Below are positions 26,912 through 38,877 of a DNA stretch of 64,000 nt, piece after piece. The translations under genes were made by a program, and so were the position numbers. The notes under the pieces are model-generated. The model did not search any database. It was not told the DNA's origin and saw only the letters and a program-made list of their open reading frames with translations. The DNA lies in NCBI GenBank assembly GCA_951406725.2, contig OX597831.1, positions 6,944,001 through 7,008,000 on the forward strand, given 5' to 3'. The DNA comes from Octopus vulgaris (taxonomy: Eukaryota). The first letter of the stretch is position 1, and each line of letters starts with the position of its first letter.

Positions 26912-27555
26912 TACTTCTCTCTATACAGTATTTGCAGATTACAGTACAGGGCTAAATTCATGCCTGTCTAAATGCATCCGGTTGTGGGACTTTGGTGCCG
27001 GTATTCCAGGGTGTTGAGAAGTGTGGTACAACTTTTAAACCGTTATTGTGCCCAGATTTACTCTGACTTGGAGTAGTAGCACCTGTTAGGGCCCCAGCTA
27101 CAGGTTAACTAGCATGGCGACTAAGCCCTGCCTTACTTTCCATAACGTGAACACAGCAGCTTGTCCCCCACCCCCCAGTCATCCTGGGATCTCCTCCTGG
27201 CCATTGGATCAGCCACAGATAAGTCAAGCTGGGTGGTGAAGGGTTGTACACCTTTCTCATCAATGGAAACAAATTTTTGTGCAAACTTCAATCCATGTAG
27301 ACACATAAATTTATAGAGAGTGAAAGAAGGTAATTGATATGAAACTACTTTTATATATATATACATGGTTCCGGGTTCAATCCCACTGCGTGGCACCTTG
27401 GGCAAGTGTCTTCTACTATAGCCTCGGGCCAACCAAAGCTTTGAGAGTGAATTTGGTAGACAGAAACTGAAAGAAGCCCGACATATATATAACGTGTGTA
27501 CCGTTGGCGATTTTTTTCCTCCATCTTCCCTTCCTCGGATCTTTCCTTTTTCTAT

Positions 27556-27590
27556 GTTTCTGACGAAGAGCTCCGCTCGAAACGTTAAAT
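27556..27590 (+). ncRNA. Minimal type I hammerhead ribozyme in a short PLE-type element (27494-27680)
   Basis: GTTT-CTGACGA-A-GAGC(TCC)GCTC-GAAA-CG-TT-AAAT; palindromic ACGT stem III, GUU site. Confidence 0.8.
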
Positions 27591-27677
27591 CCTCCTTCTT
27601 TCTTTCCTTTCCTGAGCGTCCAATAACACTATACTTGTTCCACGTCCTCGTGTTGTTGTGTTTTGATGTTTGGATTA

Positions 27678-27718
<41 letters not shown>

Positions 27719-27737
<19 letters not shown>

Positions 27738-27966
27738 GGGTAAGCAACAGGTTGCTTAGCCACATACCGAAAATTTAGAAATAGCAGTCAAAAACCGCTT
27801 ATTTCTATTTTCTACAAATATAACTCCACATATAACATATACATGTAACTCACATGTGGAGTTATATTTGTAGAAAATAGAAATAAACGGTTTTTGACTG
27901 CTATTTCTAAATTTTCAGTATGTGGCTAAGCAACCTGTTGCTTACCCTATTTATTTATATATATAT
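27719..27966. repeat. Near-perfect inverted repeat, ~110-bp arms
   Basis: 27719-27831 versus 27854-27966. Confidence 0.95.
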
Positions 27967-28073
27967 AAAGAACTTTTTGTAAAAATTCCTACAGATAATG
28001 GTTATATTTCCATACCGAAATCTACTCGGTAATAATTGTTGATTTTAAAATTAATAATTATTTACCCTTATAT

Positions 28074-28112
<39 letters not shown>

Positions 28113-28115
<3 letters not shown>

Positions 28116-28506
28116 TCTTTTACTTGTTTCAGTCATTTGACTGCGGCCATGCTGGAGCACCGCCTTTAATCGAGCAACTCAACCCTGGGACTTATTCTTT
28201 GTAAGCCCAGTATTTATTCTATCGGTCTCTTTTTGCCGAACCGCTAAGTGACGGGGATATAAACACACCACCATCGGTTGTCAAGCAATGCTAAGGGGAC
28301 AAACACAGACACACAAACATACACGCACACATATATATATACATATATACGACGGGCTTCTTTCAGTTTCCGTCTACCAAATCCACTCACAAGGTTTTGG
28401 TTGCCCCGAGGCTATAGTAGAAGACACTTGCCCAAGGTGCCACGCAGTGGGACTGAACCTGGAACCATGTGGTTGGTAAGCAAGCTACTTACCACACAGC
28501 CACTCA
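28113..28506 (-). mobile_element. SINE family A
   Basis: Near full-length copy. Confidence 0.85.
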
Positions 28507-28605
28507 TATAAGTTCAGCAAAATTTAGATTCAGATGAATATGGTACTTAAGTCAGAGGCACCAGAATTTTGTATGGTATTATCCATATAAATCCATGGGG
28601 TGATA

Positions 28606-28776
28606 ATAATCAAAATAAGCAACAAGTATATCTTAGGTAATGTGGTACAATTGTTTCATGCTACTTCATTTTATTAAACACTTACAATTAAATACTTACA
28701 ACGTTTAATAAAATGAAGTAGCATGAAGCGATTGTACTACATTACCTAAGATATACTTGTTGCTTATTTTGATTAT
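28606..28776. repeat. Inverted repeat, 74-bp arms
   Basis: 28606-28679 versus 28703-28776. Confidence 0.95.
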
Positions 28777-28784
28777 ATATATAT

Positions 28785-29192
28785 ATCATCATCATCGTTT
28801 AACGTCCGTTTTCCGTGCTAGCACGGGTTGGACGGTTCGACCGGGGTCTGGGAAGCCAGGGGCTGCACCAGGCTCCAGTCTGATCTGGCAGTGTTTCTAC
28901 AGCTGGATGTCTTTCCTAATGCCAACCACTCCGCGAGTGTAGTGGGTGCTTTTTACGTGCCACCTGCACAGGTGCCAGGGGGGTTTGGCATCGGCCACGA
29001 TCGGTTGGTGCTTTTAACGTGCCACCGGCACGGAAGCCAGCCAAGGCGGCGCTGGCATCGGCCATGTTTGGATGGTGCTTTTTATGTGCCACCGGCACAG
29101 AAGCCAGTCGAGGCGGTGCTGGCATCGGCCACGTTCGGATGGTGCTTTTTATGTGCCACCGGCACAGAAGCCAGTCAAGGCAGCGCTGGCAA
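28785..29192 (-). mobile_element. RTE 3'-tail (family C) with 4 homogeneous tandem units
   Basis: GTGCTTTTTAYGTGCCACCGGCAC-type motif repeated about every 60 bp. Confidence 0.85.
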
Positions 29193-30003
29193 AGTATTTA
29201 TTAATTAAAGTAAATTAGTACAAAATGTTAAGCTCAGTAGCTTAAAAAAAAGTCTTATCTTTTAAAGCAGCTGAGGAAGAAAACGTAAGAATCAGTTAAC
29301 AGAACAATATAAAGAATTATCTTTTTTATTGTCAAAGGAAGCTCTGCCCTAGTTTCCCGTTCATTTTTCTCTTCTCAAATGTCGTCCAAAACTCTATATT
29401 TTATTCAATTATTTATTTTATAAATTCATTCATTTTAGTAAGTTCTGTTTATTGGGAGCTCCCTGTCACCAATGTTGTTCATGAAAGTTCTCAAAGTCCA
29501 ATGGACTACTTTAGAGTTGAGGAAGTTCCAGGGGACATCAGAATATTGGTAACAAAAATATGGGCCTTTAGAGCCTTTCATTTGTTGACTATCATCCTCT
29601 CTGCAGTTGTTTGTAACATATTGGAGAGTTAAGGATAAGTAAAGCAGAGCTTTATGAAAAGATTATCTAAAGAAAAGGTTAATCTCGGTCTAATGGTGAT
29701 TATAAGTAATTTTGTTGGTGGATATGGCATTTCCTTTCAACTCTTAAAATAAATAACTTTACATCATAATGGATGAGCAGAATTGTTGAAATTTGACCAA
29801 AATGCCTAGTTTGTGTTTACTTATGACTTTCTCTATTCTCAATTTTGTCTTCAGTTCTGTTGAGGTCAATGAAATAAAATAACAGTCATAAGTTGCAGAG
29901 TGATTCCTAAAAGTCATTCTAGAAATAAATTGAATTATAATAGAAAACAATACACACCACCAAAACAATATACATCACTTGTCCAAGAACTTTTAGATAC
30001 CAC

Positions 30004-30049
<46 letters not shown>

Positions 30050-30530
30050 AAATGAGGAAATGGAGAAATATATCTAAATCAATCATCAACTATCAGATAA
30101 TACCGAATCATATACTTTATTAAAACACTACACAATAGCAATGAGATTAGACATTAATACAGTACAATAATTACAATCAATATGGTGAGATATAACTAAA
30201 TAAATATAACAAGATATAAAAATAGATTTACATTATAACTGACAGCTGTTTTGGCCATTTAGAATCTCCGAAGAGGCCGTAAGATATTCTTGTTAATGTC
30301 TCATTTATACCTGCATTATATGGCTAATAGGTTAAATGAGACATACCTATCTTCATGATGATTGATTTAGATATATTTCTCTATTTTCTCATTTTGTATT
30401 ATTAATTTACGGTAAAAATAATTTTACCTTTGCCCACCTAATACAGTAAATGAATTAATTGCATCGCAATTTTTAACATTTATGTATTAGCTTTGTTGGG
30501 TACATGGAGGGTTGAATTTACAACCCCTAT

Positions 30531-30564
<34 letters not shown>

Positions 30565-30734
30565 CAATATATGACAGGCTTCTTTCAGTTTCCATCTACT
30601 AAATCCACTCACAAAGCTTTGGTCGGCCTGAGGCTATAGTAGAAGACACTTGCTCAAGGTGCCAGGCAATGGGACTGAACCTGGAACCATGTGGTTGGTA
30701 AGCAAGCTACTTACTACACTGCCATTCCTGCACC

Positions 30735-30779
<45 letters not shown>

Positions 30780-31086
30780 ATTTGAGTGAGGTCGTTGGAC
30801 TGGCTCCTGTGCACGTGGTATGTAAAAAACACCATTTGAGTGTGGCCGTTGCCAGTACCGCCTGACTGGCCCTTTCACTGGTGGCACGTAAAAAGCACCC
30901 ACTACACTCTCGGAATGGTTGGCGTTAGGAAGGGCATCCAGCTGTAGAAACTTTGCCAGATCAAGACTGGAGCCTGGTGCAGCCATCTGGTTCGCCAGTC
31001 CTCAGTCAAATCGTCCAACCCATGCCAGCATGGAAAGCGGACGTTAAAGGAACAGTGATGATGATGATGATGATGAAGATGATGAT
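30780..31086 (+). mobile_element. RTE 3'-tail (family C)
   Basis: Conserved tail plus (GAT)n. Confidence 0.8.
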
Positions 31087-31177
31087 ATATACCTCATGAT
31101 GACCAATTACAGCACTTATACAGCATAGCTGTTTGTTTAGATCACCAGTGGACTAAACCTCTCATATTCTATATTTG

Positions 31178-31515
31178 GAGACACATGGCTAAGGGGTTAG
31201 AACATCAGGCTTACAATTAAGGGGTTGTGAGTTCAATTCCTGGACCAGGCTGCGTGTTGTGTTCTTGAGTAAGACACTTCATTTCACATTGCTCCAGTTC
31301 ACTCGGTTGTAGAAATGAGTTGTAGCATCACTGGTGCCAAGCTGTATCAGCCCCTTTGCCTTTCCCTTGGATAACATTGGTGTAGTGGAGAGGGGAAGCT
31401 GGTATGCATGGACAACTGCTGGCCTTCCACAAACTTGCCCAGACTTGTGCCTCGGAGGTGAACTTTCTAGGTGCAGTCCCATGGTCATTCATGTCCAAAG
31501 CAGGTATTTACCCTT
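31178..31515 (+). mobile_element. tRNA-derived SINE (family G, CORE-like centre)
   Basis: A/B-box head TGGCTAAGGGG..GAGTTCAATTCC, then GTGTTCTTGAGTAAGACACTT; related head at 42690-42945 (minus). Confidence 0.65.
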
Positions 31516-31558
31516 TGTGTGTGTATTTGGAGAGAGAGAGAAAGTGTAAGAGATAGAT

Positions 31559-31594
<36 letters not shown>

Positions 31595-31659
31595 TTATTA
31601 CAAATGTACATCTATAATATATATATTTGTGCATGAGTGTGAGGTTATCATATATTAAG

Positions 31660-32520
31660 ACAAGTTCCTGTCATCCAGCCATAATATTCAAGAACCTGGT
31701 AAAAGATGTCAGCAGAAGAATCTCCAACCTGTCTTCAAACAATGGAAGTTTTATGCCACTCTCCTGTACCATAATGAGGCTCTAACGGCCAGTGGTTTTA
31801 AGGAAAGGATTAGTTATATGTTAGACCCTAATCCCTCTAAGAAAAATGTCACCAGAAAATGTTGCGGTTTACACCACCCTTCTCCTTAAGTTTTAAAAGC
31901 CATGTGGGTAAGATTTTCCTTAGTTTAGGAGACAAACACTTCCCTCATCCAAATAGCCTTTTGTCAAATATTTAATAGGCACATCCCAAAGGTTTTCTTT
32001 AGCTGTGCACCCAATGTATAAAAGATATTAGTGGGTAGACCCACATTTGAGAGAAGCAGGATGTTCAAGCAGGGATACCACAACATGTCCATTGAATTGC
32101 CACTGTAATATGGAAACCGTCATGAATGAGGCAGAGGTAACAGCAATTGGACCGAATATTGAACCAAATGTGCAAAACTATGTGGGAGCATTTGAGCCCT
32201 TTAGAACCTGATATAACAATCACAAGTCCCCCCTCAACATCCTGGAGAGATGAAGCACCACAGTCCTGGCCAAGTACATATGGCTGTTGAAAGAAAGTGC
32301 CACAGAAAACAGCATAAAGTGGAGATGTTAGAGAAATGCAAAGCTTCCTTCAATAACAGCAGGAAGTGCAGGTTATGGCTGGTTGACAAAAGATCTATAT
32401 TAAAGAACTCTCAGTACCCAGGCATCTATCTGAACAGCAGAAGTGAAATTTTTAATCTTTGCCCATACGAAAGGAAGTACATCCTATCATACCTACATGC
32501 TCCATTGTGACTATAATTGC
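31660..32520 (+). mobile_element. Penelope-like element fragment (RT thumb plus GIY-YIG endonuclease), decayed
   Basis: SCHPAIIFKNLVKDVSRRISNLSS..EALTASGFKE; YNNHKS; KCRLWLVDK..LNSRSEIFNLCP. Confidence 0.75.
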
Positions 32521-32849
32521 CAGTCGTCCAAGTTTGGCTCTCCCACCATCAATACCTGAGAATCCAGCAATGAGTTGGACCTGAACAAACACAAATGCAC
32601 TCACAGACATGCATATGCCCTAACATGGCGATGTTGTCAAAGCAGGAGTAACTGACCTTGAGATTGTGAGAGGTTGAAAATTTTATAATACTTATAACCT
32701 GTAAGGAAATGCTTCTTAATTGGCATCAGGAAATCCCAAACTACATTGGTCGAAACTTCTAGTTTAAATGATTAACCAGATTAACATTTTCGTTTGGACT
32801 CTTTTGGGGTTCAGGGATGGGCGTTGAGTGTCCTCTTAAATGTATTAAC

Positions 32850-33950
32850 TCCTCAATGAATCCACTTCTTGCTAATGTCTCATGGTGGGTGTGGGGGTGA
32901 CGATCCTGTTTGAAAACCTCGTTATCTGTTGATAGTTTAGAGATTCTTCTACTGATGCCTGTGGCTAGGTTTCTGATTACAACAAGGAGGGTGGGTGGAG
33001 TAGGGGTTAGAGTTTCTGTGGATAAATACAGTTTTCTTGTTGGGCCTCCTGTATGAGTAACACTTGCCCATCTTCAGATCTAGAGTTACATCCTGGAAAA
33101 TTGATCTTTGTCAAGTTGGTGATGGCTGTTATAGATGGGCTGAATTTTTTGAAGATTTTTATCAGTTCATTCCTGAACTTGTCCATGGCATGGCTGTTCA
33201 TATTTTTTTTTTTTTCCCACAAGGGGCTAAACAGGGACAGACAAACGGATTAAGTTGATTACATCAACCCCAGTGTGTAACTGGTACTTAATTTATCGAC
33301 CCCGAAAGGATGAAAGGCAAAGTTGACCTCGGCGGAATTTGAACTCAGAACGTAGCAGCAGACAAAATACCACTAAGCATTTCGCCCGGCGTGCTAATGT
33401 TACTGCCAGATTGCCACTGTTCATATGGCTTGAGATTACCAGATTGTTGTCCCTCTACATGGCCTAACTATGGTGAGAGGAGGCTGCACTTCCTTAGAGT
33501 ATCCAAGATAAATAATCCAATAAGATTAGTCATCTCAGCACTCCAAACAATGGGTTGCCTTCCTTTTTCACCGAAGAATCATCCTGAGCCAAGATTCATT
33601 TTCTAGCATTCATGATGATTCTGATATTGGTGAATTGTCTACTGAACATTTAAAGGTTTCAGGAGAATTAAATTTCAGTCCCAAAGAGTAGAAATCCATG
33701 ATATTGAACTGGGTAAACCTGCATGTCCCTTTATTCTCACTGCTGAAGAATCAGTTGGTTACTGTAGTGCTGCAACCCCAGAGGTGCAGCCTGTTTATGA
33801 AATTTGAGCCACTGGCAGCCAACGGTCCGGATATACCAGTTTAAGCCTGCCTACTCCATACCCAATGGTATAGAATTCAACTCTTGCTGCTGCTAGTCAT
33901 ATACACTACAACCTCATCCATAGTGATTATCCAACTTCACATTAAATTTT
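32850..33950 (-). mobile_element. Penelope-like RT fragment, decayed, with nested SINE B (33216-33410)
   Basis: KIFKKF..TNLTKINF/LDVTLDL..YRRPN..FIHRNSN..GISRRISKLS across frameshifts. Confidence 0.7.
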
Positions 33951-33989
33951 CATCCTGCCACACCAAATCCAGTTGTTGTTCCCATAGAA

Positions 33990-34376
33990 ACGCTGTTGCT
34001 GTTGCTGTTGAGTGAACGGTCTTTCTCCCAGAGCTCGCAAGATGGGAGAAGACCGAAACGTGGTCCTTTGCTATTCGTAAGACCTGCAGAAGAGAAAGCA
34101 GGTCAACCCCTGACACCGAGAGCATTGACGGATGGATGAATGCACATCCAGGCTCAGCTGTTGCGTAGGAAGTCGGGGACAAGAAACAGAAAGAAAGAGT
34201 GAGAGAGAGTTGGAGCGAAAGAGTACAACAGGGGTCGCTACCACCTCCTGCCGGAGCCTCGTGGAGCTTTAGGTGTTTTCGCTCAATAAATACACGCAAC
34301 GCCCGGTCTGGGAATCGAAACCACGATCCTCTGACTGTGAGTCCGCTGCCCTAACCACTGGGCCATTGCGCCTCCC
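33990..34376 (-). mobile_element. SINE family D
   Basis: Colinear with 14270-14651. Confidence 0.8.
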
Positions 34377-34699
34377 GCTGTTGCTGCTGTAATGTTGGCT
34401 CTTTGTTAAACAGCAACAGTTCCTCTGCCATGGGAGGCAGCAGTAGCAGCAAATGCCGATACGGCTGAATAAACCCCATCACTGCTTCCAGACATAGTGA
34501 CAGTAGCAAGTTCCCAACATCCTGTCCAACCTCGTGGGCCTAAGAACAAAGAAAAGATTTGATGTTCTTTCCAGACCAATAACATCATGTGACCTGAGAT
34601 GACCAATAGAGGCCTAACGTCCAGAAGAACCTGTCTTAAATTTATCGTGTTTCCTGTTTCTATCTGATGATGAATTAGGTTTGTTCTACAAGACTATAT

Positions 34700-34980
34700 A
34701 ATAATAATAATAATGAAATTAATTGTATACAGTGCTCAGGTGCACCACAACTTGTCAAAAGTGCATATAAAGCATATGCAGTAATGTACAAATGTCTGGG
34801 AAGCGAACAGTGTATGAGTCAGATACATGCTTGCGTGTATATGGAGGGGAGAAAATCAGGAGTAGTGTTGGCGAATCTCAGGAAGCATGGAAGTACTGAA
34901 GGATGCAGTGCTCCGACAACTAACAACTGATGCCGGCAGTTTGTTCCATGCTTCAGCAACTCTTAGCGTGAAAAAATGTT
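34700..34980 (-). mobile_element. CR1-like LINE 3' end
   Basis: Reverse complement of the 8030-8402 type. Confidence 0.85.
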
Positions 34981-35460
34981 GAAACTTTGAGTTGCATGGA
35001 CTCAGGTCAAACCTTTATATCACACACACACACACACATAATGAATGAGGGAAATGGAACGTGGAGTTGATAAGAATCTTTATTCAACACTACGATCGTT
35101 TCGACCCATCCTGCATCTATTCCTTATGAGTAGGATACTGTACAACTGGTTGTGTTGCATCCACCAGTGCAGAATGCATCCCACTGGGTGTGTATGTATG
35201 TCATGTCAACACGTGTATACTTCTCTTTCTTCATTTTATCTTTTAATTCTTATCCTTTGTCCTTTTTTTCTTTTATTACTTTACTCCATGTCATATATTA
35301 CTTTGAACTACAGCCAGACCCATTTTCTGGTTATAACTCGGAAACTGTATCCATCCTCCATCAGTAGAGCCAACCACCTATTGGTAACTACAACATGCCA
35401 AATGAATCTGAGTATATTTAGCAAAGAATCCTATTTAAAACAAGACTCCTGATGAGGTGT

Positions 35461-36041
35461 ATTCTGCACTGGAGGATGCAAAACAACCAGTATCCTACCT
35501 GCAAGGGACAGATTGGTACCTATTTCTTTATTACCCACAAGGGGCTAAACATAGAGGGGACAAACAAGAACAAAGGTATTAAGTCAATTACATCGACCCC
35601 AGTGCACAACTGGTACTTAATTTATTGACCCTGAAAGGATGAAAGGCAAAGTCGACCTCGGTGGAATTTGAACTCAGAACATAACGGCAGACGAAATACT
35701 GCTAAGCATTTCACCCGGCATGCTAACGATTCTGCACTGGAGGATGCAAAACAACCAGTATCCCACCTGCAAGGGACAGATTGGTACCTATTTCTTTATT
35801 ACCCACAAGGGGCTAAACAAGGACAAAAGTATTAAGTTGATTACATCGACTCCAGTGTGCAACTGGTACTTAATTTATTGACCCTGAAAGGATGAAAGGC
35901 AAAGTCAACCTCAGTGGAATTTGAACTCAGAACATAACGGCAGACGAAATACTGCTAAGCATTTCACCCGGCGTGCTAACGATTCTGCACTGGAGGATGC
36001 AAAACAACCAGTATCCCACCTGCAAGGGACAGATTGGCACC
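35461..36041. repeat. Three ~60-bp flank copies alternating with two SINE B copies (minus)
   Basis: ATTCTGCACTGGAGGATGC..GATTGGYACC at ~35461, ~35729 and ~35982. Confidence 0.9.
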
Positions 36042-36623
36042 ACTATACATTGACCCAAACATAACACTGTGTAAAGTGGGAGGTGAATAAGTGCAGATGT
36101 GGTGTGTAGAGGATGCTGTCACTTTGTCGAGGATCTGACCATCTTCCTGGTGCTGCTGTCACCACAATAATGTAAGCCAGTCCAGTCTGTGGTTGAGAAA
36201 ACCTTTTGGTCTTGTTGAAAAAATGACTGTCCCTCTAGTGCTGGACTCTTGGTGAAATACATTCAGTCCACTCTGTAAAATGGTTGATGTTAAGAAGGGC
36301 ATCCAACCATGGAAACTATGCCAAAAAATGGAATGCATGAATGCAATGTATATTTTACAGACTCACATTGAGACAATCTGTTAAACATATGTCTGCATGT
36401 AAAGTAGAAAGGATATATGGTGTGATGTAATTCTAGAAGGAAAGATGAGAAGGTCATGGGCAGAATGCTTTTGATCTCAAATGACCTGAAGCAAAACGTC
36501 AAAATTTGACAATCTAACCGACAATCATGGCTTTTAATCTACTTGTCAACATTTTTGGAGTTTGTAGCTAAAGTGGTGATTGCGTAGAATTTTAGCCAAA
36601 AGTGTGTAATCTAACTGATTAAA

Positions 36624-37215
36624 TCATCATCATCATCTTTTAACGTCTGCTTTCCATGCTAGCATGGGTTGGACGTGTGACTGAGGGCTGGCGAACCAGA
36701 TGTCTGCACCAGGCTCCAATCTTGATCTGGCAGAGTTTCTACAGCTGGATGCCCTTCCTAACACCAACCACTCCGAGAGTGTAGTGGGTGCTTTTTACAT
36801 GCCACCAGTACGGGGGCCAGTCGGGTGATACTGGCAATGACCTCGCTCGAATCTTTTTTACACATGCCACTGACACAGGTGCCAGTGAAGCAATGTTGGT
36901 AACGGTCACGCTCGAATGGTGCCCTTTTATGTCCCACGGGTACGGAAACCAGATAGCTGCTCTGGCAACGATCACGCTCGGATGGTGTTCAGAATGCAAA
37001 AATTCCAGTCAGGCGGCACTGGCAACGACCTCGCTTGAATCTTTTACACATGCCACCGGCGTGGGTGCCAGTAAGGCGATGCTGGTAATAATCACGCTCG
37101 AATGGTGTTTTTTACGTGCCACCAGCATGGAGGCCAGATAGCCGCTCGGGCAACGATCATGCTCGGATGGTGCTCTTAATACCCTACTAGCACAGGGCTC
37201 GAGTGCCAGTAGTGG
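36624..37215 (-). mobile_element. RTE 3'-tail (family C), longest unit array (~7 units)
   Basis: Conserved tail and repeated units with an internal restart. Confidence 0.85.
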
Positions 37216-37975
37216 ATATCATTATTTGTATTACAGTATAGAGGTAGGGAACAAAACCTAACCAGAGACTTTATATCAAGTTGGCTGTTCATGGTCCCCT
37301 AATTACGCCTTCCATTATGGCTGTCTAAATCTTTTAGTCCCCATTAGTGTTGATCAAGTAAGTGTTAGCAGCATTGTTCCTTCTAAGCAGCATGAATGCT
37401 TGCTTGGACACACATTACGAAACCAGCATCCTAAATAAATTAATGTGCACAGAGAGATTGGTTTTCTAAAATAATGTCTTCATTAATAATGAAATTTATT
37501 TCAATTTTATACTTGCACAAGCATTTTGTGTACTCCATGTTTTTGTTATCATCATCATCATCATCGTTTAACGTCCGCTTTCTATGCTAGCATGGGTTGG
37601 ACGATTTGACTGTGGGCTGGCGAACTAGACGGCCACACCAGACTCCAATCTTGTTCTGGCAGAGTTTCTACAGCTGGATGCCCTTCCTAACGCCAACCAC
37701 TCCGAGAGTGTAGTGGGTGCTTTTTACATGCCACCAGCACAGGGGCCAGTCGGGTGGTACTGGCAACGACCTCGCTCGAATCTTTATAGGGAAGATAATT
37801 GTGCAACACTGGAATTTTTACGTTCCACAACTTCAAAAATTAAAGGAAGAAGTATTACTCAGTGGTATACAGGGATTGGGTAAAGGTTCCTTACCAATTT
37901 TATGGAATCTTAAGACAGTCATTATGTCAAGAATAACCATCCACACTGGTTCAATTCCACTTCTTTATTATTATT

Positions 37976-38375
37976 AGGAGTGGCTGTGTGGTAAGTAGCT
38001 TGCTTACAAACCACATGGTTCCCGGTTCAGTCCCACTGCATGGCAACATGGGCAAGTGTCTTCTACTATAGCCTCGGGCTGACCAAAGCCTTGTGAGTGG
38101 ATTTTTGGTAGATGGAAACTGAAAGAAGCCCATCGTACAGTAGACAACTGAGCTATATATATATATATATTTGTGCATGTGTCTGTGTTTGTCCCTCCAC
38201 CATTGCTTCACAACCAATGTTGATGTGTTTACGTCCCTGTAACTTAGCGGTTCAGCAAAAGAGACCGATAGAATGAGTACTAAGCTTACAAAGAATAAGT
38301 CCCTGGGTCGATTTCTTCAACTAAAGGCGGTGCTCCAGCATGGCCGCAGTCAAATGACTGAAACAAATAAAAGAT
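37976..38375 (+). mobile_element. SINE family A, followed by (CTA)n at 38382-38500
   Basis: A-box TGGCTGTGTGG, B-box GGTTCAGTCC. Confidence 0.85.
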
Positions 38376-38414
38376 TAAGAATTACTACTACTACTACTGC
38401 TACTACTACTGCTG

Positions 38415-38489
<75 letters not shown>

Positions 38490-38877
38490 ATACTACTACT
38501 ACAATGACGAAGGCAGCGAGCTGGTAGAATTGTTAGCTTGGTGGATAAAATGTTTAGTGATATTTCGTCCGACTTTATGTTTTGAGTCCAAATTCCATTG
38601 GGGTTGATTTTGCCTTTCATCCTTTCTGGGTTGATAAAATGCAGCATTTGGATACCGGAGTTATAGGCACAAGGCCAGCAATTTCCAGGAGGGGTATGAG
38701 TCGAATTACCCCTACCCTGAAATTGCTGGCCTTGTGCCTATAATAGAAAATATTGTCATCATCATTATTATTATTATTATTATTAGTTATCATGTTAACC
38801 ATTTAACCAATTAACTAATCTGTTGATTAATCTTTCAGTCAATCGATTTGATTAAATTTTTAACCAAATTTTTAACC

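Noticed and set aside
28940-29192. CRISPR-like repeat/spacer appearance of the family C units
   Set aside because: Eukaryotic context, no cas genes, spacers homologous to each other, and the array is part of an RTE 3' UTR.
34660-34700. CTGATGA core
   Set aside because: No stem II or GAAA follows; truncated by a CR1 tail.
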